Assembly: GCA_038065615.1 (NCBI GenBank)
Contig: JBBTQQ010000001.1
Location: forward strand, 25,577-71,084
Length of the DNA stretch: 45,508 bases
DNA from: Patescibacteria group bacterium
GTDB lineage: Bacteria; Patescibacteriota; Doudnabacteria; UBA920; VMFF01
Direction of reading: 5' to 3'
A program made the translations under genes and the position numbers. Of the stretch, positions 26,491 to 36,852 are shown in pieces; the stretch's first letter is position 1, and every line of letters begins with the position of its first letter. A model generated the notes under the pieces. That model ran no database searches. It was not told where the DNA came from and saw nothing but the letters and a program-made list of their open reading frames with translations.

Positions 26491-26995
26491 CTTTTGAGTA
26501 GTAGTTAATTATCCTGTCATTAAATAACGAAAGAAGGTACATTGGTGCAACAAATACTAGGTTTAAAAACAAATCTAACCAAATCTTAACTGTCAGGTAT
26601 TCTCCTGAGATTGGCAATGAAGTACCGAAACGAGAAGAAATTGAGTTTAAAATATATACCAAACCAACTACTAATAAATATGCTAAAGTAACAATCACGC
26701 CAATGTATACAAAACTTAAATCAGAGCTGAAAAATGTTCTGGTCGTGTAATTAATAATGAAAGCAACGACTAAAAAAGAGAGCGCGAATATCCCTAAAAA
26801 AGTATTGGTATACAAATCAAGAGCTAACCCTGAAAAGAACGCTAACCAAAGATAATCAGAATCATCTTTCCTAAATGCATAAACAACTGACAACAAAAAC
26901 AAAAGGTTAGGAGCCGATGCGCCAATCTTTGGGAAAACAATGCTTAAAGAAAGCAAGAGAATTACTACGATTGTATATATGACAACCTTTGCCAT
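26474..26995 (-). CDS. mreD: Rod shape protein MreD
   Basis: Multi-TM, PNL and GLALD motifs, between mreC and pbp2. Confidence 0.8.
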   Translation of the reverse strand: MAKVVIYTIVVILLLSLSIVFPKIGASAPNLLFLLSVVYAFRKDDSDYLWLAFFSGLALDLYTNTFLGIFALSFLVVAFIINYTTRTFFSSDLSFVYIGVIVTLAYLLVVGLVYILNSISSRFGTSLPISGEYLTVKIWLDLFLNLVFVAPMYLLSLFNDRIINYYSKDEGSF

Positions 26996-26996
26996 G

Positions 26997-27791
26997 CTAC
27001 TCCTTTATGACTGAAACAAATTCTAAGTTTTTTAAATCAACGCCTGAAATTACTGTAGCTTTTTGTAAGAGGTCGCTTTTTTGAGACTGTAGCTGACCAA
27101 TATTACCAATTAGCAAACCTTTTGGAATCTCGGAACTTAATCCTGCTGTCATAACACGATCATTGGTGTTAACCACAGCGCTTTGAGAAAGATTTTCAAT
27201 AATCATCCCGGAACCATAAGAACCACGAACAATCCCGTTATCTCCTGTTGCGCTAATTTGAGCATCAATTGTACTCTGTGGGTCAGTAACCAACAAAACT
27301 TTTGATGTAAAGCTATCAACACTAATAATTTTCCCTATCAAATACCCTTGTGAAAGAACCGCTGCACCAACTTTAATCCCTGAACCACTACCAATATTTA
27401 AAACCAAGCTCTGACTAAAACCACTTGGGTCTTTTCCCAAGACTGTTGCTGAAACTAAATTATGCGCTGTTTTTTGTCTGTATTCCAATTCATCTTTTAG
27501 TTTTTCATTCTCAAGTCTGTATTGTTGCAAAGCAACATTTTCTTGCTGTAGCTTTCTAACCTGTTCGCTAAGCTCTGCATTCTTTTTGTTTACAGAATTA
27601 ACTGATGAGAAATATGAAAAAAAGCTCTTGAATGAGTTACCAATTCCTGAAAATATATATACTAAAGGACGACTTGGTTGAACGCCAGTGCTCTGCAAAG
27701 GTCTAGAAAGCCCATTAATACTTAGGACGAGCAAAACAAGACCTAAAAATATGAGTAAAGAAAAAACACCTAATTGTCTGTTTGAGCGCAT
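26997..27791 (-). CDS. mreC: Rod shape protein MreC
   Basis: TM, coiled coil ENEKLK, GSGSGI, LIGKI, TAGL...PKGLLIG. Confidence 0.92.
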   Translation of the reverse strand: MRSNRQLGVFSLLIFLGLVLLVLSINGLSRPLQSTGVQPSRPLVYIFSGIGNSFKSFFSYFSSVNSVNKKNAELSEQVRKLQQENVALQQYRLENEKLKDELEYRQKTAHNLVSATVLGKDPSGFSQSLVLNIGSGSGIKVGAAVLSQGYLIGKIISVDSFTSKVLLVTDPQSTIDAQISATGDNGIVRGSYGSGMIIENLSQSAVVNTNDRVMTAGLSSEIPKGLLIGNIGQLQSQKSDLLQKATVISGVDLKNLEFVSVIKE

Positions 27792-27822
27792 AGTTCTGCT
27801 CCTTTAATGATATAATATTAGC

Positions 27823-28467
27823 ATGAAATCAAAAATCAGACTCATAGTCTTTGACCTAGATAAAACACTCATAAAGAACAGTTCTTGGCAGAGATTAAAC
27901 TACGCCTTTGGAATAACCAAAGAGCAAGACAAAAACATGGTCTCCGACTATCTCAAGGGAAAACTTCCATATGTTTCCTGGATTCAACGACTACTCCGTT
28001 TATACTTAAAAAACTCTCAACCTTCTAAAAAAGAGGTTATTTCTGTCCTCAAAAGATACAAATATAAAAAAGGCGCAAAAGAAACAATCAAATACTTACA
28101 AAGCAAAGGGTATCACATTGGAATAATTACTGGATCAATAAATCTATTAGTTGAAACTGTTGCGAAAGAATTAGGCATTCCAAAAAAGTTTGCTCTATCA
28201 AACAACACTTTTGTCTTTGATTCAAAATCTAAACTAAGAAAGATAAAAACAATCGCAGATGATCCAGAGGCAAAACTACTGATGCTTGAAAAACTTTGCA
28301 AAGATTTAAAAATTACAGCAGATCATTGTGCCCCTGTTGGAGATGGTGATAATGACAGGTCTTTGTTTTTAAAAACCAATCACGGTATTACTTTCAAAAA
28401 CTCACAAATTAAAAAGCTTGCCTGGAAAACAATAAGCAAGCTTGATGACCTAAAGAAAATATTCTAA
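27823..28467 (+). CDS. HAD-IB hydrolase (SerB-like)
   Basis: FDLDKTL, ITGS, GDGDND. Confidence 0.88.
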   Translation: MKSKIRLIVFDLDKTLIKNSSWQRLNYAFGITKEQDKNMVSDYLKGKLPYVSWIQRLLRLYLKNSQPSKKEVISVLKRYKYKKGAKETIKYLQSKGYHIGIITGSINLLVETVAKELGIPKKFALSNNTFVFDSKSKLRKIKTIADDPEAKLLMLEKLCKDLKITADHCAPVGDGDNDRSLFLKTNHGITFKNSQIKKLAWKTISKLDDLKKIF

Positions 28468-29526
28468 CTATCTCGGAATTCTTTCAAAGGTTGTATTAAC
28501 CAAGATATCCTTGAGGGTTTCAAGATCTTCTACAACAACACCACAGCCTCTACAAACAGAGGTCAAAGGGTCATCTGCAACATGCACGGGTATTTCAGTA
28601 ATCTCTGCTATTAAACGATCCAACCCTCTAAGCAAAGCGCCTCCACCAGCAAGGGTGATTCCTTTTTGCATTAAATCAGCAACCAACTCAGGCGGTGTTT
28701 CTTCAACCGCTGCTTTGATATTGTTAACAATTGCTCTAACTGATGGAGCTAATGCTTCCCTAATCTGAGTATCATTAACAAAAACTTCTTTAGGGAGTCC
28801 TGTTACTAAATCACGTCCGCGCATTGAAGTTTCCAAAGGTTGTTCTAAAGGATATGCGGAACCTATCTTAATCTTAACGTCCTCTGCTGTTCTTTCTCCC
28901 AAAAGCAAATTAAAATTGTCTCTTGCGTATTCAATGATTGATTCATTCATCTTGTCTCCTGCCATACGCAGAGACTTGGATATAACTACACCGCCAAGAG
29001 AAATAACAGCAATTTCTGAAGTGCCTCCGCCAATATCAACAATCATTGATCCAGCAGCATCTTGAACAGGTAAACGACTCCCAATTGCTGCTGCCATTGG
29101 TTCTTCTATCAAAAATGCCATTCTAGCACCAGCGTTTAAAGCAGCGTCTTGAACAGCACGCTTTTCAACCTCAGTAACTCCTGATGGGATACCAATAACC
29201 ACTCTTGGGCGTCTTAAGAAAGAATATGTCTGTTGATGAACTTTGTTTATGAAATACCTAAGCATCTGCTCGGTTATCTCAAAATCAGAGATCACACCAT
29301 CAACTAAAGGCCTTGAAGCAACTATATGAGGTGGGGTTCTACCAACCATTCTTTTGGCTTCATTGCCAATAGCCAGGATTTGCTTGGTTTTGATGTTTAA
29401 TGCAACAACAGAAGGCTCATTTATAACAATACCCTTGCCTTTTACATAGACCAGAGTGTTTGCTGTCCCTAAATCAATCCCTATGTCTTTGCTGAATTTT
29501 GCGAAAAATGAGTCTAAAATTGCCAT
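28468..29526 (-). CDS. mreB: Actin-like MreB
   Basis: GIDLGTANT, EEPMAAAIG, DIGGGT, AGGGALL. Confidence 0.96.
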   Translation of the reverse strand: MAILDSFFAKFSKDIGIDLGTANTLVYVKGKGIVINEPSVVALNIKTKQILAIGNEAKRMVGRTPPHIVASRPLVDGVISDFEITEQMLRYFINKVHQQTYSFLRRPRVVIGIPSGVTEVEKRAVQDAALNAGARMAFLIEEPMAAAIGSRLPVQDAAGSMIVDIGGGTSEIAVISLGGVVISKSLRMAGDKMNESIIEYARDNFNLLLGERTAEDVKIKIGSAYPLEQPLETSMRGRDLVTGLPKEVFVNDTQIREALAPSVRAIVNNIKAAVEETPPELVADLMQKGITLAGGGALLRGLDRLIAEITEIPVHVADDPLTSVCRGCGVVVEDLETLKDILVNTTFERIPR

Positions 29527-29590
29527 AACTAATATATTTTAACTGAATAACCGGCTTTTGCAAAACCCATATTTTCGGTATAATTGCAAT

Positions 29591-31063
29591 ATGAAAAAGA
29601 TAACAACAAGAAACCAAAATTATTCTCAATGGTACTTAGACATAATTGATGTCGCAGAACTTGCAGAAAACTCTGTAACTAAAGGAAGCATGGTCATAAA
29701 GCCATACGGATATTCAATCTGGGAAAGCTTCCAAAAAGTTTTAGACAAGATGATAAAAGACACGGGGCACAAAAATGCTTACTTTCCTCTTTTCATTCCA
29801 AAGTCACTGCTAACAAAAGAAGCAAAGCACATTCAAGGTTTTGCAAAAGAGTGCGCCATTGTAACCCATCACAGACTTAAAGATTCTCCTGAAGGAGTCA
29901 TTGTTGATCCAGAATCAAAACTTTCCGAAGAGCTCATTGTTAGACCAACCTCTGAAACAATCATATATGACACTTTTTCTAGATGGATTCACTCCTGGAG
30001 AGACCTTCCTCTTCTAATCAACCAGTGGGCAAACGTTGTTAGATGGGAAATGAGAACAAGACCTTTCTTAAGAACAACTGAATTCCTTTGGCAAGAAGGA
30101 CACACAGCACATGCAACAGAGGAAGACGCTGAAGAAGAAACAAGAAAAATGCTTGGAGTCTACAAAGATTTTGTTGAAAACTACCTAGCTATTCCTGTAA
30201 TCTCTGGTCTTAAGACTGAATCTGAAAAATTCGCTGGTGCTTTAAGAACCTACAGCATTGAATCAATGATGCAAGATGGAAAAGCATTACAAACAGGAAC
30301 ATCTCACAACCTCGGACAAAACTTCGCGAAAGCTTTTGAGGTTAAATTTACTGACAAAGATGGTAAAGAAAAATACGTCTGGCAAACAAGCTGGGGCGTA
30401 TCAACAAGAATGATTGGTGCTTTAATCATGGCGCACAGCGATGATGCTGGATTAATAGTTCCACCAAAGATTGCCCCTGTTAAAATCGTCATAATCCCAA
30501 TTTACAAGAACGAAGAAGAAGCTAAGAAAGTTCTTGAGGTTGCAAAAACAATACAGGAAGAACTAAGGTCTGTTGATGAAAACATTCTCTTAGATCAAAG
30601 AGATTACGAAACTCCAGGATCTAAATTTAATGAGTGGGAAAAAAAAGGCATTCCTTTAAGGATCGAGCTTGGTCCAAAAGACCTTGAAAACAACACAGTT
30701 ACAATTGCGAGAAGAGACACCATGGAAAAGCTCACGGTTGCTTCACCTGAACTTAAAGAAAAAGTTAATACCCTGCTAAGTCAAATACAAACTGATCTCT
30801 TTTTAAAAGCAAAGAAGTTTCGAGAAGAAAACTCATATGAAATTGATAACTGGGATGGGTTTAAAAGGCACTTCCAGGAAAAAGAAAACTCTGGGTTTGT
30901 TTACAGTCACTGGTGTGGAAGCGAAACTTGTGAAAAAGAAATTAACGACGAATTACAAGCAACTACTCGCTGTATCCCTCTTGATCAAAAAGAAGAAGTC
31001 GGAAAATGCATTAAATGTTCCGGTGAATCCAAGAAAAGAATAATCTTTGCAAAAACATATTAA
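29591..31063 (+). CDS. proS: Prolyl-tRNA synthetase, archaeal/eukaryote-like type
   Basis: RPTSET, NQWANVVRWE, FLWQEGHT, QTSWGVSTR, C-terminal FAKTY; start at ATG 29591. Confidence 0.96.
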   Translation: MKKITTRNQNYSQWYLDIIDVAELAENSVTKGSMVIKPYGYSIWESFQKVLDKMIKDTGHKNAYFPLFIPKSLLTKEAKHIQGFAKECAIVTHHRLKDSPEGVIVDPESKLSEELIVRPTSETIIYDTFSRWIHSWRDLPLLINQWANVVRWEMRTRPFLRTTEFLWQEGHTAHATEEDAEEETRKMLGVYKDFVENYLAIPVISGLKTESEKFAGALRTYSIESMMQDGKALQTGTSHNLGQNFAKAFEVKFTDKDGKEKYVWQTSWGVSTRMIGALIMAHSDDAGLIVPPKIAPVKIVIIPIYKNEEEAKKVLEVAKTIQEELRSVDENILLDQRDYETPGSKFNEWEKKGIPLRIELGPKDLENNTVTIARRDTMEKLTVASPELKEKVNTLLSQIQTDLFLKAKKFREENSYEIDNWDGFKRHFQEKENSGFVYSHWCGSETCEKEINDELQATTRCIPLDQKEEVGKCIKCSGESKKRIIFAKTY

Positions 31064-31088
31064 AAAACTCCCCAGTTGGGGAGTTTTT
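31062..31088. terminator. Bidirectional terminator between proS and rseP
   Basis: aaaaactcccc-agtt-ggggagttttt. Confidence 0.88.
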
Positions 31089-32170
31089 TAAAACAAGCCT
31101 TTAATATCCCGCGCTGTAATTACAAGGATCAACATAATTAACAAACCAAAGCCAATAGCATTGGCATATTGTTCAAATGTTTCGTTATTTCTTTTACCAC
31201 GTATCTTTTCAATGATCAGAAACAAAACTCTTCCACCATCAAGTGCTGGAAACGGCACTATATTCAAAATACCGAGGTTTACAGAAAGAAACGCGGCAAA
31301 CTGCAGGATATATGCAAAACCAAGCTTAGAAACCTGACCAGTCAAAGAAGCAATCTTAACAGGACCACCTACTGAGGAAAGTCCCTCGCCGTGCGCTATT
31401 AAGTTCCAAAAAGCGCTAGCTGTTCCTGAAATGACATTTCCTGTTGCTTTAAGACCCATTACTGGAGCTAAGTACCAAGGGAAAGAAAGCTTACCTACAT
31501 TACCCAAAGCAATACCAATGGCCCCCTCTTCTGGCGGTGGATTTAACCTTGGATTGATTGTTAAATACAATTCTTCACTTCCTCTACGCACATGCATCTG
31601 AACATCTGTTCCAGCTTTTGATTTAACGTATACAATGAACTGATCAACAGAGGCATCACCTTGACCTGTTAAAACAAACTCATCTGCACCGAGTATGTTA
31701 TCACCTGCTCTAATCCCTGCTTTTTCTGCTGGTGAGTTAGGTGCAACCTCTAAGATAGTTACAGCTTCTGAACGAAGCGTTCCATATTTTGGCAATGTTT
31801 CTCCACTTTGAATAACGGTGGGGAGACCAATACCAAACCCAATTGAAAACAAAACCCAAGCTAAAACAAAGTTCATTAAAACTCCTGCAACCAATGTTGA
31901 GAAGCGGGAGAAAAAAGATTTATTAATGAAACTTCTTGGATTTTCGCCTTCTTTGTTGTTCTCTCCTAATATCTTTACAAAACCACCGAGCGGAATTAGG
32001 TTAAAAGAATATTTCGTTTCCCCTTTTTTAAAACTGAAAAGTCTTGGTGGAAAGCCAATACCAAACTCTTCAACAAGCATGCCACTTTTTTTAGCAACTA
32101 TGAAATGACCAAACTCGTGCACTAGCACGAGCAAACCCAAAATTATTACAAAGATTATTACAGCAATCAT
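31088..32170 (-). CDS. rseP: Site-2 protease RseP (M50 with PDZ)
   Basis: HEFGH, PLGGFV, AGVLMN, NIVPFPALDGG. Confidence 0.95.
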   Translation of the reverse strand: MIAVIIFVIILGLLVLVHEFGHFIVAKKSGMLVEEFGIGFPPRLFSFKKGETKYSFNLIPLGGFVKILGENNKEGENPRSFINKSFFSRFSTLVAGVLMNFVLAWVLFSIGFGIGLPTVIQSGETLPKYGTLRSEAVTILEVAPNSPAEKAGIRAGDNILGADEFVLTGQGDASVDQFIVYVKSKAGTDVQMHVRRGSEELYLTINPRLNPPPEEGAIGIALGNVGKLSFPWYLAPVMGLKATGNVISGTASAFWNLIAHGEGLSSVGGPVKIASLTGQVSKLGFAYILQFAAFLSVNLGILNIVPFPALDGGRVLFLIIEKIRGKRNNETFEQYANAIGFGLLIMLILVITARDIKGLF

Positions 32171-32174
32171 TAAA

Positions 32175-32711
32175 CTATATTGTCATTATTTCTTTTTCTT
32201 TTGCAGAGGTAATTTCCTTCACCTGTTCGTTGTATTTATCAACAACCTCTTGAAGATCTTTTTTCATTCCCGCAAGATCATCTTCAGTTAAATTCTCTTC
32301 ATCCTGTTGTTTTTTGTACTCTTTAAGGATTTCTTCACGAGCATTTCTAATTGCAATCTTTGCTTTCTCAGAAATCTGTCCTAAGGGTTTAACCATTTCT
32401 TTTCTTCGCTCCTCAGTCATTGAAGGAATACTTAAACGAATTAGAATCCCATCATTAACAGGATTTAAACCAATGTTTGCAACTTGAATCGCTTTTTCAA
32501 TTGGACCAATGTTTGATTTGTCCCAAGGTTGAATGGCGATTGTTTTTGCATCCGGAATGCTAATTGAAGCAACGTGAGCAAGTGGCATTTTGCTACCATA
32601 TGAATCAACCATTACATTATCAACCAAAGCAGGGTTTGCCCTGCCGGTTCTTAAACCACCAAGCTCTTGTTTAAAATGTTCTATTGCTTTATCAAATTTT
32701 TCGTTATTCAT
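32175..32711 (-). CDS. frr: Ribosome recycling factor
   Basis: LRTGRANP, IQPWD, TEERRKE, KEKEIM. Confidence 0.97.
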   Translation of the reverse strand: MNNEKFDKAIEHFKQELGGLRTGRANPALVDNVMVDSYGSKMPLAHVASISIPDAKTIAIQPWDKSNIGPIEKAIQVANIGLNPVNDGILIRLSIPSMTEERRKEMVKPLGQISEKAKIAIRNAREEILKEYKKQQDEENLTEDDLAGMKKDLQEVVDKYNEQVKEITSAKEKEIMTI

Positions 32712-32720
32712 AGTTTTCCT

Positions 32721-33758
32721 TTATGGCTCAATAAATCCGGCATAAGTAACCTGGGGCAACAACGGGTCAATAATTATCTTATTGATTACATTTGTTGTGG
32801 CTAAGGACTGCGTTTGCCAACTCTTTCCACCATCAAGCGTTTTAAAAATCGTGTTACCGATGCTGGTATATGCTAACATACCGCCGCGGGTTGAAGCAAT
32901 TGCTCTTGGAGCACCGCTTTCAACAGGCAGTTTTTGTAACTGCCAATTCTTACCATCATCAGTTGTTTTGTACAGCCCAGAGTTCGTTGTTAGGTAAATA
33001 ACTCCTGTGGTTTGATCATCAATGGATATTTTATAAAATTGCTCAACTATTCTTGATACATAACTAGAAATTCCACCCGAACCAGTCAAAGAGTCTGTTA
33101 TACTTGTCCACTTTGCACCATTGTCTAAACTCTTGTACAAACCTTTTGATCTAGTTAAAACATATATTGTTTTATTGATATACCTTACTTTCAAGATTTG
33201 ATTATTAAAATCATTAACCACCAACCAACTATCTCCCCCATCTATGCTTTTAATTAAAACGCCTGAATTAAGTGCGGCAAAAATCTCTCTTGAGTTTGTC
33301 GGATTTGCAGTGATTGTATTTACAGAGTTACTAACACTTGCTTCGCTGTATACTTCTTCCCAAGTAACACCACCGTCCCTTGAACGAATAATTCTGCCGT
33401 GGTCGCCATATATTCCAGTAACAAAAATAATCTGCGTGTTTGAAGGATCAACAAAATAGTCATAAGCGGTTATTTTTGAAAGTATTTGCTTCCATTTTCC
33501 CGCACTATCACTTGATTTCCAAAGACCGCTGTTAACAGAAGCTAAGTATATAACCTCATGATTACCTGGTTCAAAACCCATCTCCGCGACTAAAAGCCCT
33601 GAAATATTAACCGCTGATTTGTCTGTTGCGTTGCTTTGTTGCCAAGAACTGCCTCCGTCAGTTGACTTCATTGTTCCTAAGATACCGCTATTACCAAAAA
33701 TACCACAGCTGGCTGAGAGAAAAAAGATTGCGGAAAAAAGTGTTATATTTTTTTTCAT
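32721..33758 (-). CDS. BNR/Asp-box beta-propeller lipoprotein (YCF48-like)
   Basis: Lipobox LSASC and repeated S.DGG.(S/T)W. Confidence 0.85.
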   Translation of the reverse strand: MKKNITLFSAIFFLSASCGIFGNSGILGTMKSTDGGSSWQQSNATDKSAVNISGLLVAEMGFEPGNHEVIYLASVNSGLWKSSDSAGKWKQILSKITAYDYFVDPSNTQIIFVTGIYGDHGRIIRSRDGGVTWEEVYSEASVSNSVNTITANPTNSREIFAALNSGVLIKSIDGGDSWLVVNDFNNQILKVRYINKTIYVLTRSKGLYKSLDNGAKWTSITDSLTGSGGISSYVSRIVEQFYKISIDDQTTGVIYLTTNSGLYKTTDDGKNWQLQKLPVESGAPRAIASTRGGMLAYTSIGNTIFKTLDGGKSWQTQSLATTNVINKIIIDPLLPQVTYAGFIEP

Positions 33759-34487
33759 TTATTTTAAACTTAAGAACAAACGTTCTAAAATTAATTTTTT
33801 GTTTAAATTTTGTTTTAAACCAACCAAAGAATCAAGCAAAACCTGAAGGTTTAAGTATTTTCCAGCATCTCCGGAAAGAAGACTTTCTCGTTCTGCGTTA
33901 ATCCAATCCTCAAACAAAGACTGCAATTCTTCTGTTTCTTTTTCAGCGTATCCTTTTATACTTAAAATTCTTTGAGCAATCGGAAATTTAAATATTGATT
34001 TCAAAGATTCAGTATTTTCGTTTGATATCTTCTGCTTTGGAATATTAAAATATATACTTTGACATCTAGAAACAATTGTTGGTAACAGTGATTTCTGATT
34101 TCTTGAAAGAAGTATAATTAGCGAACTATTGTTTGGTTCTTCAAGAGTCTTTAAGATACTGCTTGCTGCTTCATCCGTAACGTCCTCAAAGTTTTGAATT
34201 ATGGCTACCTTTTTTTGATATCTAAAAGGTTTTAATGAAAGTTCAGAGATTAAATCTCTCATCTCTTCAATCTTCATTTTGCTTTGATCTATAACTATGA
34301 GGTCGGGATTGATTCGTTCTTTCTCTTCCTCTGAAACCCCAAGAATCATTCTTGCGAATTCAATAGCGAGTTGTTTTTTTGTTTCTCTGTCAGAACCCGT
34401 AAAAAGATAGGCATGCGCAAGCTTGTTATTTACAAGCGCATTATCTAAAAAAAGCTTTTGATTTTCATATCCTTTAACGCTCCACAT
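33759..34487 (-). CDS. holB: DNA polymerase III delta' subunit
   Basis: HAYLFTG, NPD, LKTLEEP, LLPTIVSRC. Confidence 0.88.
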   Translation of the reverse strand: MWSVKGYENQKLFLDNALVNNKLAHAYLFTGSDRETKKQLAIEFARMILGVSEEEKERINPDLIVIDQSKMKIEEMRDLISELSLKPFRYQKKVAIIQNFEDVTDEAASSILKTLEEPNNSSLIILLSRNQKSLLPTIVSRCQSIYFNIPKQKISNENTESLKSIFKFPIAQRILSIKGYAEKETEELQSLFEDWINAERESLLSGDAGKYLNLQVLLDSLVGLKQNLNKKLILERLFLSLK

Positions 34488-34538
34488 ATACTTAGAGTAT
34501 ACCATAGAGAAAAAATCTCTGTTAAAGTTCTTTTTTCG

Positions 34539-35546
34539 TTATCTTGCGCTTAAAATACTCTTCTTGTAGCTCTCAAGGTTGTCCAAAGCAATACCAGTTC
34601 CTTTAGCAACACAAAGGATTGCGTCTTCAGCAACATATGCTGGAACACCAACTGCTTGGGAAATCATTTTATCTATATTTCTAAGTAATGAGGAACCTCC
34701 TGTTAAAACCATCCCTTTATCAATAATATCAGAAGCAAGCTCTGGCGGAGTTTCTTGAAGCACTGTTCTAACTGCTCTTATTATTTCCCTTAATTCATCT
34801 TGAATTGCTTCGACAACCTCATTAGTTGAAATACTGATACTTCTTGGTAACCCTTGAATCATATCTCTCCCTTTAACCTCCATTGACTCTTCTTCATCAA
34901 CAAGCGTTGCTGATCCTATGTTTATCTTTATCTCTTCCGCCGTCCTGTCACCAATAGCTAAGCCATGTTTTCTTCTTACATAATCAATAATCGCTTGATC
35001 CATCTTGTTACCAGCAACACGCACTGAAGTTGACGTAACAATACCACCCAAGGACAACACAGCGACATCTGTTGTACCACCCCCAATATCAATAATTAGG
35101 TTTCCTGTTGCCGAAGCAATGGGAATACCAGCGCCAATTGCTGCTGCAACTGTTTCTTTAATGACATAGGCTTCTTTAGCACCAGCTGCTTTTGCCGCAT
35201 CTATGACAGCTCTTCTTTCAGTTGAAGTAATTCCTCCAGGAACTGAAATCATAACTTCTGGTCTGAAAAAATGAACATTACCCAATGCTTTGTTTATGAA
35301 ATATCGAAGCATTGCTTCAGTAACTCTGTAATCAGCAATGACACCGTCTCTCATTGGACGAGATGCAACAATTGTTTCAGGAGTTCTACCAAGCATTTCT
35401 TTTGCTTCTGAACCAACCGCTAAAACACGGTTGTCGTCAAGAGTAATCGCAACAACTGTTGGCTCGTTTAAAATGATTCCTTTTTTAGGAAGATATACCA
35501 GTGTATTTGCTGTGCCTAGATCAATTCCGATTTTTTTAGAAAACAT
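34539..35546 (-). CDS. mreB: Second MreB/Mbl paralog
   Basis: GIDLGTANT, RPMRDGVIAD, DIGGGT; follows murA. Confidence 0.93.
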   Translation of the reverse strand: MFSKKIGIDLGTANTLVYLPKKGIILNEPTVVAITLDDNRVLAVGSEAKEMLGRTPETIVASRPMRDGVIADYRVTEAMLRYFINKALGNVHFFRPEVMISVPGGITSTERRAVIDAAKAAGAKEAYVIKETVAAAIGAGIPIASATGNLIIDIGGGTTDVAVLSLGGIVTSTSVRVAGNKMDQAIIDYVRRKHGLAIGDRTAEEIKINIGSATLVDEEESMEVKGRDMIQGLPRSISISTNEVVEAIQDELREIIRAVRTVLQETPPELASDIIDKGMVLTGGSSLLRNIDKMISQAVGVPAYVAEDAILCVAKGTGIALDNLESYKKSILSAR

Positions 35547-35547
35547 A

Positions 35548-36801
35548 CTATTCCACTCTTTCTATATCCGCTCCAATTGCTTTAAGTTTGTTAACAATAT
35601 CTTCATATCCTCTTTCAATATGCTGAATCTCATGCAATGTGCTTTGTCCTTTTGCTACCAATGCTGAAATGACTAAAACCATTCCGCTTCTAACATCAAG
35701 AGAGCTAACATTTGTTCCTGAAAGTTCAGTTGGTCCAGTAATCTCCGCGCGGTGCTGATCTATGATGTGTGCTTTAGCGCCCATCTTTGAAAGTTCGTGA
35801 ATATATCCTAGTCTTCCTTCATACATCCATTCATGCAACTGAGTTGTTCCTTGAGCCTGTGTTGCCAAAACCGCAAAAGGAGGAATGTAATCACTCATCA
35901 ACCCTGGATATATGTTAGAAGTAATCTTAAAAGCTGTGTATGGTTCTTTTGGTTTCAAAACCTTAACCCAAGTATCACCAACTTCAAAATTAACATTCAT
36001 CTGCATAAACTGAATGAAAGCAGCAGCTAAAAACTCTGGCTGAACATTTTGAATGGTTAACTCGCTCTTTGTTGCAGCTGCAAGATTTATGAAACTACAA
36101 GCAACTTCATTGTCATAAATAATCTTAAAGTCAGTCCCGTGTAGTTTTTTAACACCAGCAATAACCAGATCATGCGTTCCGATTCCCGAAATCATTGCTC
36201 CCATTGAATTCAACATGTGACATAGAGATTGCACGTGTCCTTCGGTTGCAGCCAAATGAATTACTGTACTACCCTCTGCTGTAACTGCTGCCATAATCGC
36301 GTTTTCTGTTGCAGTAACGCTTAACTCAACCATTATAATGTTTGTTCCTACAAGTTTTTTTGTAGAGACTTCTAAATTTCCATTTATCTTGGCGTTTGCA
36401 CCTAGCATTTCCAATGCAACTAAGTGCGCGTCTATCGGCCTTTTACCGATTAAATCTCCTCCGGGAATTGGCATTACTACTTTTCCAAAACGTGCTAACA
36501 AGGGACCAAGCAACAAAATTGAACCACGAAGCTTTGCTACCAACTCTGGTTCTGGTTTGTAAGAATCTACTTTTGAATTATCAATCGTTAAAACATGGTC
36601 TTCAAAAGTAACCTTTGCTCCCAGATTTTCAAGTATGCTCTTTAAATTATATACATCGGATATTTCAGGAACATTTCTAATGATACAAATTTCTTCGGCC
36701 AAAAGTGTGGCACACATTGCCGGCAAAATTGCGTTCTTAGAACCACCTACAGTAACTGTTCCGGAAAGCTCTTTGCCCCCGGTTATTTTGTATATCGCCA
36801 T
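35548..36801 (-). CDS. murA: UDP-GlcNAc 1-carboxyvinyltransferase
   Basis: GSKNA, LRGS.LLLGPLLAR, PGGDLIGKRP, SVTATEN, ERGYE. Confidence 0.95.
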   Translation of the reverse strand: MAIYKITGGKELSGTVTVGGSKNAILPAMCATLLAEEICIIRNVPEISDVYNLKSILENLGAKVTFEDHVLTIDNSKVDSYKPEPELVAKLRGSILLLGPLLARFGKVVMPIPGGDLIGKRPIDAHLVALEMLGANAKINGNLEVSTKKLVGTNIIMVELSVTATENAIMAAVTAEGSTVIHLAATEGHVQSLCHMLNSMGAMISGIGTHDLVIAGVKKLHGTDFKIIYDNEVACSFINLAAATKSELTIQNVQPEFLAAAFIQFMQMNVNFEVGDTWVKVLKPKEPYTAFKITSNIYPGLMSDYIPPFAVLATQAQGTTQLHEWMYEGRLGYIHELSKMGAKAHIIDQHRAEITGPTELSGTNVSSLDVRSGMVLVISALVAKGQSTLHEIQHIERGYEDIVNKLKAIGADIERVE

Positions 36802-36852
36802 AGGATAATATAATGATTAGACTTCGCTATTATATCATAGTAAAATACTGTT

